64,000 nt of DNA from an uncultured Actinomycetota bacterium. GTDB lineage: Bacteria; Actinomycetota; Actinomycetes; CAWDCV01. Made by a program: the position numbers and the translations under genes. The stretch covers positions 99,142 through 163,141 of the forward strand of contig CAVSIZ010000001.1 of the NCBI GenBank assembly GCA_963728125.1, read 5' to 3'. The notes beneath the pieces are model-generated. The model searched no databases. It saw nothing but the letters and a program-made list of their open reading frames with translations, and was not told where the DNA came from. Positions within the stretch are counted from its first letter, which is position 1, and the number at the start of each line of letters is the position of its first letter. Below, piece by piece: positions 10,786-19,901 of this stretch.

Positions 10786-12376
10786 TCAGTGGGAGAAGTG
10801 GCGGGCGCCGGTGAGATACATCGTGACGCCGACCGCCTGAGCGGCCGCAACGACCTCGGAGTCGCGGACCGACCCGCCGGGCTGGACCACCGCGCGGATG
10901 CCGGCGTCGGTCAGCACCTCGAGACCGTCCGGGAAGGGGAAGAACGCGTCGGACGCCGCGACCGCCCCCAGCGCTCGCTCCTCCCCCGCCCGCCACACCG
11001 CGAGTCGCGCGGCGTCGACCCGGTTCACCTGGCCCATGCCGATGCCGACTGTCGCCCCGCCGCGAGCGAGCAGGATCGCGTTGGACCGCGCGGCGCGGCA
11101 GGCGCGCCAGGCGAACACCAGGTCGCGCAGCGTCATCTCGTCGGCCGGCTCGCCCGCGGCCAGCTGCCAGGCGGACGGGTCGTCGCCTGGAGCGTCGAGC
11201 GCGTCGACGGTCTGCATGAGCAGGCCGCCGCTGATGCGCCGCCATTCCACGCCGCCCCGCGTGAGGGGTGCGGCGCAGCGCAGCAGCCGCAGGTCCTTGC
11301 GCGTCGTCAGGATCTCCAGCGCGAGATCCTCGAACTCCGGCGCGACGACGACCTCGGTGAAGACGTCGGCGATCTGCGCCGCCATCTCCGCTGACAGCGT
11401 GGTGTTGACGGCGATCACGCCGCCGAACGCGGAGATGGGGTCGGCGTCGTTGGCCTTCTGATGTGCCTGAGCGACGTCTTCGCCCACTGCGATGCCGCAC
11501 GGGTTGGCGTGCTTGACGATCGCAACGCATGGCTCGGCGAAGTCGTACACGGCTCGCCGTGCGGCATCGGCGTCCACGTAGTTGTTGAACGACATCTCCT
11601 TGCCGTGCAGCTGCTCGGCCTGCGCGAGTCCGGGCTCGGGTACGAAGCCCGAGCCATACAGCGCCGCCCGTTGGTGCGGGTTCTCGCCGTACCGCAGCAC
11701 CTGAGCGCGATCCCACGTCGCCCCGGCCCAGGCGGGGAAGCCGCTGCCCGAGTCGGTGGCCGTCAGCACGTTGCCCACCCAGGAGGCGACCGCGATGTCG
11801 TACGTCGCGGTGTGCGCGAAGGCTTCCGCGGCCAGCGATCGGCGCTGCTCGATCGTCGTTCCGCCGGCCTCGACGGCCGCCATCACGTCGGCGTAGCGCT
11901 GCGGCGAGACGACCACCGCGACAGATGCGCAGTTCTTCGCCGCAGCACGGGCGAGCGCGGGGCCGCCGATGTCGATCTGCTCGACCACGTCGTCTGGCGA
12001 GGCACCGCTCATCACGGTGTCGACGAACGGGTACAGGTTGACCACGACGAGGTCGAACGGCTCGATGCCGAGGCGCGCGAGCTCGTCGCGATGCGACTCG
12101 CGCTTTGAGTCGGCGAGGATGCCCGCGTGCACGGCGGGGTGCAGGGTCTTCACCCGCCCGTCGAGCGCCTCGGGGAAGCCGGTGAGCTCACTGACCTCGG
12201 TCACGGGCAGCCCGGCGTCGGCGAGCGCCGCCGCTGTGGAGCCGGTGGAGACCAGGGTGACACCAGCGTCGGCCAGGGCCCGGCCGAGGTCGACCAGCCC
12301 GGTCTTGTCGGAGACGCTGAGTAATGCTCGATGAATTGCTCTGCGGGTCGTGAGGGTGTCGCGGATGTCGCTCACG
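10786..12376 (-). CDS. purH: Bifunctional AICAR formyltransferase / IMP cyclohydrolase
   Basis: The MGS-like and AICARFT domains are conserved. The GTG start at 12376 overlaps the purN stop (GTGA). The long in-frame upstream extension to 13062 is a GC artefact. Confidence 0.9.
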
Positions 12377-12983
12377 GAATGCGAACCTTCCTGTTCTCGA
12401 TGGTCCAGCCGGTACGAACCAGCTTGCCCACGGTGTCGATGAGCAGCACCCGCTCGACGACCTTGATGCGTTCGTGCAGCGTCTCGACGGTGTCGTCGTC
12501 GCGGACGGCGACGGCCTCCTGAGCGATCACCGGTCCGGTGTCCACGCCACCGTCCACCAGATGGATGGTGCACCCCGTCACCCGCACGCCGTACGCCAGG
12601 GCATCGCGCACGGCGTGCGTCCCGGGAAAGGAGGGCAGCAGCGCGGGGTGGCTGTTGACGATGTGGTGCGCGGCCAGAAAACGTGGGCCGAGGATCTTCA
12701 TGAACCCGGCGGACACCACCAGGTCGGGTCGATAACGCGCGACCGCCTCGGTCAGGGCAACGTCCCAGGAGTCGCGGTCGGGGAAGTCCTCGACGCGAAT
12801 GACCAAGGTTGGTACGCCGGCGCGGTCGGCGCGGCGCAGTCCTTCGATTCCCTCCCGATCCGCGGCGACAGCGACTACCTGAGCGCCGTACGCAGGATCC
12901 TGGCCGGCGTCGAGCAGGGCCTGCAGCAGCGTGCCGGTGCCACTGACCAGGACCACGAGGCGGCGCGGCGACACTTCGGGCAC
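12372..12983 (-). CDS. purN: Phosphoribosylglycinamide formyltransferase
   Basis: 203 aa with the formyl-transferase N-terminal domain motifs ([13 protein letters not shown]..., [10 protein letters not shown]). Confidence 0.9.
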   Translation of the reverse strand: MPEVSPRRLVVLVSGTGTLLQALLDAGQDPAYGAQVVAVAADREGIEGLRRADRAGVPTLVIRVEDFPDRDSWDVALTEAVARYRPDLVVSAGFMKILGPRFLAAHHIVNSHPALLPSFPGTHAVRDALAYGVRVTGCTIHLVDGGVDTGPVIAQEAVAVRDDDTVETLHERIKVVERVLLIDTVGKLVRTGWTIENRKVRIP

Positions 12984-13015
12984 GCGGCAGACCTCGTGGT
13001 GAAGGGCAAGGGAAG

Positions 13016-13654
13016 ATGGTGACGGTGGACGACGTCGAGGGGACGATAGCGGAGCGGCCCAAGCAGCCGCTCGAGGCGGAGGTGGCGGTGACCAGTCCCG
13101 AGGAACGGGACCCGTACGCCGCGCCTTCCGACGACGCCCCGACCGCCCCGCCCCCGTCCGATCGTCCGTCCGATCGTCCGTCCGAAAGGCCGGAAGATCC
13201 GCCGCGGTTTCCCCCTGGATACGGCTCGGCTCCTCCGCATCTCGTGCCCTACGGCCAGCCGGCGGGCGACGAACCGCGACCGGGCGGCCCTCCGTCCGCG
13301 GCGGGGCCGATCGAGCCGGGCGGACGGCGCGCCTTCCTGCTCGCGGTCGCGGGCGCGGTGATGTCAGTGGTGTTCTTCCCGATCGGGATCGTGCTCGACA
13401 TTGCGGCCATCGTGCTGGCCTTCCGGGCTCGCAAGCGTGCGGCGAAAGCCGGCGGGACCGCGCCGCTGTCGGCTCCCGCCGTCTTCATTGGCGGGATCGG
13501 GCTGGCGTTCGCTTCTGGGCTGCTCGCGTTCATCGCGCTCTTCTTCGACGAGTTCCGCGCCTACCAGTCATGCATGGGCGGCGCGAACACTGAGGTGGCG
13601 CGGCAGGAGTGCAACGACGAGTTCCGCATCGACATCGAGAACCGTCTCGGCTGA
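13016..13654 (+). CDS. DUF4190-like membrane protein with Pro-rich N-terminus
   Basis: C-terminal two-TM domain ([21 protein letters not shown]...) preceded by a low-complexity region with the [13 protein letters not shown] tandem. The exact start is uncertain. Confidence 0.55.
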   Translation: MVTVDDVEGTIAERPKQPLEAEVAVTSPEERDPYAAPSDDAPTAPPPSDRPSDRPSERPEDPPRFPPGYGSAPPHLVPYGQPAGDEPRPGGPPSAAGPIEPGGRRAFLLAVAGAVMSVVFFPIGIVLDIAAIVLAFRARKRAAKAGGTAPLSAPAVFIGGIGLAFASGLLAFIALFFDEFRAYQSCMGGANTEVARQECNDEFRIDIENRLG

Positions 13655-13662
13655 TCCGGCTG

Positions 13663-14829
13663 CTAGCTGCCCCGGCGCGCCCCCAGCCAGGCCGTCGGTG
13701 CGGCAACAAGGGCGAGCTCGAGCGTGGCGGCGACGGCGACCTGCCACGGCGACGGGCCGATCACGGCTAGCCGCCCGCCGCCGAGCGGGCCACCGGATAG
13801 GACAGCCAGGACGCCCAGCGTGAGACCGGCGACACCCGACGCGGCAAACGCCCACGGCACAGCCGTCCAGCCGAGCGTCGGTAACCGCCGGGCAAGCACC
13901 CGGCCCACGACGATTCCCGCGGCTGCCGGCACGAGGAACACGAGCAGGACGAGCAGCGGCTGCTCGCCCGGCCGCGGCAGCGCACCGAGGAGGGCGAGGG
14001 CGGGCAGCGGGCCGACCTCGACGCCGAGCGGGGTGACCGACGTCCCCGCGCCGAAGGCGAATCCCGGGCCGAGGGCGTACGCCACCGCCCAGATCACGAC
14101 GTTCGGCAGGTAGACCGCGCTCAGCACGAGCAGCAGCACCGAGCCGACCAGGCCCGCATCCAGTGCGCTCAATACGTCACCGATCGCAGCGCGGCGTACC
14201 ACCACGGCGGTGATCACCAGCAGGGCGCCTGCACCCATCAGGGTGAAGGCACCGGCTGCTCCCGCGGCGATCGACGCTCGCGCGGCCGCGGGTACGCGCC
14301 GCCACAGCCACACGTCGCGCGATCCGGCGCGCCACATGCCGACCGACCCGGCTGCTGCCGAGAGGCAGGTTGCTACGGCCGCGGTTACTGCGGGAACGAC
14401 GCGTACCTCCTCGCTGGAGGCCAGCACGGCGACGGCGGTGGCGAGTGCGGCATAGGTGAGCGACATGGCCGCGGTGCGCAACGCGACCTGCGTGGCGCGC
14501 GCAGGAGACGCTCGTCTACTCATCCACTGGCCCGCCGAGTAGGCGGCGGCGACGGGGACGGCCAACAATCCGAGCGGCAACCAGGCGAGCACCCCCGTCG
14601 GCACGATCACCGGTACGTGATGGGCAGCGATCCAGCCGAGGCCGGACAACCGCAGCGCGTCCAGGAGCGAGGCAGCGCCTGCTTCGTTGCCGGGAACCGC
14701 CCATCCCACGAGAACCAGCGCGGCAACCACGGCGAGACCGGCGACTGCTGCCCCGATCCCGGCGACGACCGCCCGCAGCACACCTGCGACCTGAGAGGCC
14801 GCGCGCGGTTCGTCCAGCAGGGTCGCCAC
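13663..14829 (-). CDS. Polytopic integral membrane protein, PerM/DUF6350-like
   Basis: 388 aa with about 10 TM helices. It sits between sucD and purN, as M. tuberculosis perM (Rv0955) sits between sucCD and purNH. Confidence 0.55.
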   Translation of the reverse strand: MATLLDEPRAASQVAGVLRAVVAGIGAAVAGLAVVAALVLVGWAVPGNEAGAASLLDALRLSGLGWIAAHHVPVIVPTGVLAWLPLGLLAVPVAAAYSAGQWMSRRASPARATQVALRTAAMSLTYAALATAVAVLASSEEVRVVPAVTAAVATCLSAAAGSVGMWRAGSRDVWLWRRVPAAARASIAAGAAGAFTLMGAGALLVITAVVVRRAAIGDVLSALDAGLVGSVLLLVLSAVYLPNVVIWAVAYALGPGFAFGAGTSVTPLGVEVGPLPALALLGALPRPGEQPLLVLLVFLVPAAAGIVVGRVLARRLPTLGWTAVPWAFAASGVAGLTLGVLAVLSGGPLGGGRLAVIGPSPWQVAVAATLELALVAAPTAWLGARRGS

Positions 14830-14942
14830 GACCGTCCATGCTGACGGCCAGCCGGCCGCGGACGGCGGAAGCCGGCCCCGCTCGGGGTGTCGCGGGGCAC
14901 GTCCGGGGCGTGGCTAGGGTGCCGGTGGACGAGAGGACATGC

Positions 14943-15458
14943 ATGCAGACGCGCGTCGTTGTGGTCGCCCTGGTCGCGGCGGCCGTCCTCGGCATCTTCG
15001 TGGGTGGCGTCGTCGCACTGGTCGCTGGCGGTGGCGATGGCGACGCTCAGGCTGAGGGAGCAACACCTGCCGCCACCGGGTCGGTGACAGCCGACCCGGC
15101 CCCACCGCAACCGACGGCCACTCCAGCCGAGGACCGGCCCAGCCCGGACGTCGGGTATGTCCTCGACGTCAACGACCAGGATGGGGAAGTCGTCCTCGTG
15201 TTCGACCGCGTGACGGTGCTCGAGGGCGAGGAGGCAGAGGAGCGGGCCGCCGAGCGAGGCGAGAGCGTCCAGCCCGGTGGCTGGTATCTCAACAACGACA
15301 ACGATCGGACCCGCGACCTGATCGTCACCGATGCCGCAAAGCCGGCAGCCCAGGCAGTACGCGACGAACTGGACGGCGACCGGGAAACGGTGGCCGTCGT
15401 CGTGACGTACAACGACGAGGGCAACGTGACCAGCCTGAGCGAGCTGACCCTCGTCTAG
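14943..15458 (+). CDS. Hypothetical membrane-anchored protein (N-terminal TM/signal anchor, acidic C-terminal domain)
   Basis: The start is chosen at MQTRVVVVALVAA. This is an ORF with no family assignment possible from sequence alone. Confidence 0.4.
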   Translation: MQTRVVVVALVAAAVLGIFVGGVVALVAGGGDGDAQAEGATPAATGSVTADPAPPQPTATPAEDRPSPDVGYVLDVNDQDGEVVLVFDRVTVLEGEEAEERAAERGESVQPGGWYLNNDNDRTRDLIVTDAAKPAAQAVRDELDGDRETVAVVVTYNDEGNVTSLSELTLV

Positions 15459-15469
15459 CAGGACTCCGG

Positions 15470-16366
15470 TTAGTCGGCCGTCATGATGTCGTGCATCAGC
15501 CGCGCGGTCTCCGACGGCGTCCGGCCGACCTTGACGCCGACGGCTTCGAGCGCGTCCTTCTTCGCCTGCGCCGTGCCGGCCGAGCCGGAGATGATTGCGC
15601 CGGCGTGGCCCATGGTCTTGCCTTCCGGCGCGGTGAACCCGGCGACGTAGCCGACGACCGGCTTGGTGACGTTGTCGGCAATGAACGCGGCTGCGCGCTC
15701 CTCGGCATCGCCACCGATCTCGCCGATCATGACGACGGCGTCGGTCTCGGGATCGTCCTGGAACGCAGCCAAACAGTCGATGTGAGTCGTGCCGATGATC
15801 GGGTCGCCGCCGATGCCCACGCAGGTGGAAAAGCCAACGTCGCGCAGCTCGTACATCATCTGATAGGTCAGCGTGCCGCTCTTGGACACCAAGCCGATGC
15901 GTCCAGGGCGAGTGATGTCAGCCGGGATGATGCCGGCGTTGGACCGTCCCGGGCTGATGATGCCGGGGCAGTTCGGTCCGACGATGCGCGTGCCGCCGGA
16001 GTTGACGGCGTACTGGTAGAACCACGCGGTGTCGTGAACCGGGATGCCCTCGGTGATGATGACGCACAGCGGGACGCCTGCGTCGACAGCTTCCACGACT
16101 GCTGCCTTGGCGAAGCGCGGCGGGACGAACACGACGGAGACGTCGGCGCCGGTTTCCTTCACTGCTTCTGCAACACTGCCGAAAACGGGAATGCTGGTGT
16201 CGCTGCCAGCATCGACCGTCTGGCCGCCCTTGCCCGGCGTCACGCCGGCCACGATCGACGTGCCCGCGGCGACCATGCGACGGGTGTGCTTCGTACCCTC
16301 CGAGCCCGTGATTCCCTGCACCAGGACACGAGACTGCTCGGTCAGGAAGATCGCCATGTTGCTCAC
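15470..16366 (-). CDS. sucD: Succinate--CoA ligase [ADP-forming] subunit alpha
   Basis: CoA-binding and ligase-CoA motifs, including the active His region (GHAGAIISG). Confidence 0.92.
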   Translation of the reverse strand: MSNMAIFLTEQSRVLVQGITGSEGTKHTRRMVAAGTSIVAGVTPGKGGQTVDAGSDTSIPVFGSVAEAVKETGADVSVVFVPPRFAKAAVVEAVDAGVPLCVIITEGIPVHDTAWFYQYAVNSGGTRIVGPNCPGIISPGRSNAGIIPADITRPGRIGLVSKSGTLTYQMMYELRDVGFSTCVGIGGDPIIGTTHIDCLAAFQDDPETDAVVMIGEIGGDAEERAAAFIADNVTKPVVGYVAGFTAPEGKTMGHAGAIISGSAGTAQAKKDALEAVGVKVGRTPSETARLMHDIMTAD

Positions 16367-17553
16367 GCCCCCCGGGTGCTTGCTGCCGCGAGCTCGGCGG
16401 CACGGCGGGCCGCGCCGTCCATGGTGTCGACCTGCTCGACGAGCGGATGATTCGCCTCGGTCAAGATGCGGCGCCCTTCCTCGGCGTTGTTGCCGTCGAG
16501 GCGCACCACCAGCGGCCGGGTCACCTCTTCCCCACGACTGCTCAGGAGCTCCAACGCCTGCACGATGCCATTGGCAACCTCGTCGCAGGCGGTGATTCCG
16601 CCGAAGACGTTGACGAACACCGACCGTACGGCGGGATCGGACAGGATGATCTCGAGGCCGTTGGCCATCACCGCGGCTGACGCGCCGCCGCCGATGTCGA
16701 GGAAGTTCGCCGGCTCCACCCCGCCGAACTCTTCTCCTGCGTACGCGACGACATCGAGCGTCGACATGACCAGTCCTGCGCCGTTGCCGATGATGCCGAC
16801 CTCACCGTCGAGCTTGACGTAGTTGAGGTCCTTGTCGCGCGCGGCCTGCTCCAGCGGGTCGACGGCACTTCGATCAGCAAACGCGGCGAACGTGTCGGCG
16901 TGCCGGAAGGCAGCGTTGTCGTCGAGCGTCACCTTGCCGTCGAGCGCCACGACGGCATCGTCCGGCGTGCGCACGAGGGGATTGACCTCGACCAGTGTCG
17001 CGTCCTCCGCGACGAAGACGTCCCACAGGTCGACGAGTACCGACGTCACGGCGTCGCGCAGCTCTTCGGGGAAGCGGCCCTCGACGACGATCTCGCGCGC
17101 CTTGTCCGGCGACACCCCGTCGATCGCGTCGACACGTACTCGGGCCAGGTCATCGGGACGCTCGACCGCGAGCTGCTCGATCTCCATCCCGCCCTCGCGC
17201 GAGGCCATCGCAAGGAACGAGCGACTTGCGCGGTCGAGCAAGTACGAGACGTACCACTCCTCGGCGATGTCGCTCGCTTCGGTCACCAGCACGCGGTGCA
17301 CGGTGTGGCCCTTGATGTCCATGCCGAGGATCGCGTCAGCGTGACGCTGCGCCTCGCCAGCATCCGCAGCGAGCTTGACGCCGCCGGCCTTGCCGCGCCC
17401 ACCGGTCTTCACCTGCGCCTTGACGACGGTCGTTCCGCCGATCCGCTCGGCTCCGTCGGCGGCTTGCTGTGGCGTCTCGGCGACCTCGCCGGCCAGCACC
17501 GGCACGCCATGCGCCTGAAACAGCTCCTTCGCCTGGTACTCGAACAGATCCAC
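16363..17553 (-). CDS. sucC: Succinate--CoA ligase [ADP-forming] subunit beta
   Basis: [12 protein letters not shown]... ATP-grasp N-terminus. Its stop overlaps the sucD start (ATGA). Confidence 0.92.
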   Translation of the reverse strand: MDLFEYQAKELFQAHGVPVLAGEVAETPQQAADGAERIGGTTVVKAQVKTGGRGKAGGVKLAADAGEAQRHADAILGMDIKGHTVHRVLVTEASDIAEEWYVSYLLDRASRSFLAMASREGGMEIEQLAVERPDDLARVRVDAIDGVSPDKAREIVVEGRFPEELRDAVTSVLVDLWDVFVAEDATLVEVNPLVRTPDDAVVALDGKVTLDDNAAFRHADTFAAFADRSAVDPLEQAARDKDLNYVKLDGEVGIIGNGAGLVMSTLDVVAYAGEEFGGVEPANFLDIGGGASAAVMANGLEIILSDPAVRSVFVNVFGGITACDEVANGIVQALELLSSRGEEVTRPLVVRLDGNNAEEGRRILTEANHPLVEQVDTMDGAARRAAELAAASTRGA

Positions 17554-17633
17554 GACGTCCGTCCTGTCAAAGGTCTCGGGGGCGTGCGACAGCGTAACGG
17601 CGGATCAACCAATCTCGGTCGCACCGGCAGTGT

Positions 17634-17687
17634 CATTGGTCGCGCTCGCCGACTCGCTCGTTCCTCGCTCGTCAGCTCGGCTGCTCC
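17634..17687. repeat. Family-2 GC-rich 54-nt motif, third locus (CATTGGTCGCGCTCGCC-GAC-TCGCTCGTTCCTCGCTCG-TCA-GCTCGGCTGCTCC)
   Basis: Read from the sequence. It overlaps the last 4 codons and stop of the B12-binding gene and lies about 80 nt upstream of sucC. Confidence 0.8.
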
Positions 17688-18088
17688 GAAGCACCGACAT
17701 GAGCATGCAGCCAGTCCACGATCGCCTGAGTTGGGGTGCCGGGCGTGAAGATCTCGGCGACCCCCATCTCGCGCAGTTCGGGGATGTCGGCCTCAGGGAT
17801 GATGCCGCCCCCAAACACCAGGATGTCTGCCGCGTCTCGCTCGCGGAGCAGGTCGATGACTCGCCGGAACAGCGTCATGTGCGCGCCCGAAAGCACCGAG
17901 AGCCCGACGACGTCGGCATCTTCCTGAATCGCGGTCTGCGCGATCTGCTCCGGCGTCTGATGCAGGCCGGTGTAGACGACCTCCATGCCGGCGTCGCGCA
18001 GGGCCCGGGCGACCACCTTGGCGCCGCGGTCGTGGCCGTCGAGTCCCGGCTTCGCCACCACGATCTTGATGCGGTGAGGAGCACCCAT
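17672..18088 (-). CDS. Cobalamin (B12)-binding domain protein, mutase small-subunit-like (IcmB-like)
   Basis: [34 protein letters not shown] carries the DxHxxG B12-binding motif of MCM C-terminal domains. It is about 138 aa from the ATG at 18088. Confidence 0.8.
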   Translation of the reverse strand: MGAPHRIKIVVAKPGLDGHDRGAKVVARALRDAGMEVVYTGLHQTPEQIAQTAIQEDADVVGLSVLSGAHMTLFRRVIDLLRERDAADILVFGGGIIPEADIPELREMGVAEIFTPGTPTQAIVDWLHAHVGASEQPS

Positions 18089-18116
18089 GTCGCCTCCTGC
18101 GCGCGGTGCGCTCGTC

Positions 18117-18162
18117 GTGTGGATAACCCTGCGCGCAGCCGGCACGCGCAGGGTATTCCACA
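18117..18162. promoter_or_regulatory. 19-bp-arm inverted repeat (GTGTGGATAACCCTGCGCG-N8-CGCGCAGGGTATTCCACAC), 29 nt upstream of the B12-binding gene start
   Basis: Seen directly; the arms differ only by a central ATAA/AATA swap. It lies in the divergent intergenic region between the B12-binding gene and the lipase-like gene. Confidence 0.5.
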
Positions 18163-18234
18163 CCCATGGCGTAAGGAGGCGGCGTCAGCGCTCCAGCCGA
18201 GTTACCGTCCAGCCGTGCCCCCGGACTCGACGTC

Positions 18235-19078
18235 GATGCGGAGCCTGCTCGGCCGTACGAGCGAGGTGCGGATGCGGGTGCGTGGCGCCGCAGTCGAGGC
18301 AGCGTGGTGCACCGCCCACCTCGTCATCTACCCGTGGGGGCTGCGTCGGGACCGCGCAACGCAGGAAAGCCGTACGTCGCTGCGCGGGTTGCCGCCGCTG
18401 CGCCGCGGCCTGGTCGTCGGTGACGTCGAGGCCGCGGGGACGCCGATCCTGCTGGTGCACGGCATGGTCGACAACAGGTCCGTCTTCGCGCTGCTGCGGC
18501 GCGGCTTGCGCCGGCGCGGTTTCGGGACGGTCAGCACCGTCAACTACAGCCCCTTCACCAGCGACGTCCGCCGCGCTGCCCGCGATCTCGCCGAGCACGT
18601 AGAGGCGCTGTGCAGTGACAGCGGGTACGAACGCATCCACGTGATCGCCCACAGCATGGGCGGGCTCATCGCGCGCTACTACGTCCAGCGCCTCGACGGC
18701 GATGAGCGGGTGCACACGCTGGTGACGATGGGGACGCCGCACGGCGGCTCGGCCGTCGCCCGATGGGTACCGCACGCGCTGGCCCGCCAGCTCCGGCCGG
18801 GCAGCGACCTCCTCGCGGAGCTCGACGCGCCGGCTCCAGACTGTCGTACTCGGTTCGTCACGTTCTGGAGTGACCAGGATCAGATGATCTTGCCGGCGCG
18901 CCATGGAAAGCTCCTCCACGCCGACCTGACCAGCAGGAACGTCTTGGTGAGCGGGGTCGGGCACATGTCGCTGCCCATCGACGGGCGGGTCGCTCACGAG
19001 ATCTCCACGACGCTCGCGCAGCTCGACCCGGATGGACGGCGCGTGACAGCGTTTCCATCTCAGGCGTCGACCCAGTAG
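18235..19078 (+). CDS. Lipase class 2-type alpha/beta hydrolase
   Basis: AHSMGG nucleophile elbow (GxSxG) with downstream catalytic Asp/His candidates. The 17630 upstream in-frame extension is rejected. Confidence 0.7.
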
Positions 19079-19079
19079 T

Positions 19080-19901
19080 GTGCGCTCATTCCCCGACCCT
19101 TCGACCCCGCCCAGCCCCCGGAGAAGGCCACCCGTGCCGACCCCAACGCCCAGCGGACCCCACCGGGCCGCAAGGCATCGACGCCCGACCTTGACTGAGC
19201 GGGCGCCGTCCTCCCTGGTCCCGCCCCTGCTGGCGGCCGCAACCGGGGTGACATTGATTGCGGCGGGCTCGGTCTCCCTCCCGTACGTTCTCGGGGACGC
19301 GTCTCCGCCAACTGACACCGTCGCGGTGTCCGCTGCCGACGTGGCAGAGCGGAAAGCGGCAGCGGATCGCGGCAGCCGGTCCGCCGGCCGTGCGGATCTC
19401 AGTGCGGGAACGATGAGCCTGTCGGAGGCGGCCGAGGCCGTCACTGCCGAGCAACAAAGCGCCGCCGCGGCCAAGGAGGCGGAAGAGGCCGCCCGCGCCG
19501 ACCGCGCCGACCGCGCGCGCGCGGAAGCGGAGCGTACCCGCTGGGAAAGCCCGTTGCGCTCCTACCAGCTGCTCGGCCCTGAAGACGAGGGCATTGGCCT
19601 CGCGGCAGAGTCGGGCGCGGCGGTGTATGCCATCGGCACCGGAACCATCACCTATGCGGGAATCGACGCCGAGTACGGCCAGATGATCGTCATCGAGCAC
19701 TGGGATGGGACGATCACGTACTACTGCTACCTGTCATCGTTCGAGAAGACCGGTGGCGAGGTCACCGTCGGCGAGCTGATCGGTCGCGTCGGGAACACCG
19801 GGACTAGCGAATCGTCACACCTGCACCTGCAGATCCGCCCGCGCGGCGGGGAGCCGGTCGATCCGCTGCCGTGGCTCGAGAAGCGCGGCGTCGACCTCTA
19901 G
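19080..19901 (+). CDS. M23 family metallopeptidase (LytM domain) with Pro-rich N-terminal region and coiled-coil
   Basis: C-terminal HxH motif (SHLHLQI) and upstream HxxxD-like region typical of peptidase M23. The start is uncertain. Confidence 0.75.
   Translation: MRSFPDPSTPPSPRRRPPVPTPTPSGPHRAARHRRPTLTERAPSSLVPPLLAAATGVTLIAAGSVSLPYVLGDASPPTDTVAVSAADVAERKAAADRGSRSAGRADLSAGTMSLSEAAEAVTAEQQSAAAAKEAEEAARADRADRARAEAERTRWESPLRSYQLLGPEDEGIGLAAESGAAVYAIGTGTITYAGIDAEYGQMIVIEHWDGTITYYCYLSSFEKTGGEVTVGELIGRVGNTGTSESSHLHLQIRPRGGEPVDPLPWLEKRGVDL

Noticed and set aside
12376-13062. N-terminal 229-aa extension of the purH ORF (10786..13062 read as 758 aa)
   Set aside because: The extension overlaps purN, which has a strong homolog in another frame. 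The PurH homology begins at the GTG at 12376.
13141-13200. Tandem 12-nt repeat TCCGATCGTCCG x2 and GGCCTT x4 at 43190-43215
   Set aside because: Both lie inside coding low-complexity regions (PSDRPSDRP in the DUF4190 protein; QGQGQG in the anti-sigma factor tail). They are ordinary codon-level slippage, not regulatory or CRISPR-like repeats.
17630-18234. N-terminal extension of the lipase ORF beginning with [19 protein letters not shown] (similar peptides appear in ORFs at 6990 and 9370)
   Set aside because: These peptides are translations of the family-2 DNA repeat in a non-coding frame. The recurrence reflects the DNA repeat, not a protein family.
18185-19474. 429-aa minus-strand ORF opposite the lipase and M23 peptidase genes
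   Set aside because: It is antisense to two genes with catalytic motifs (AHSMGG and HLHLQI) and has low-complexity composition.
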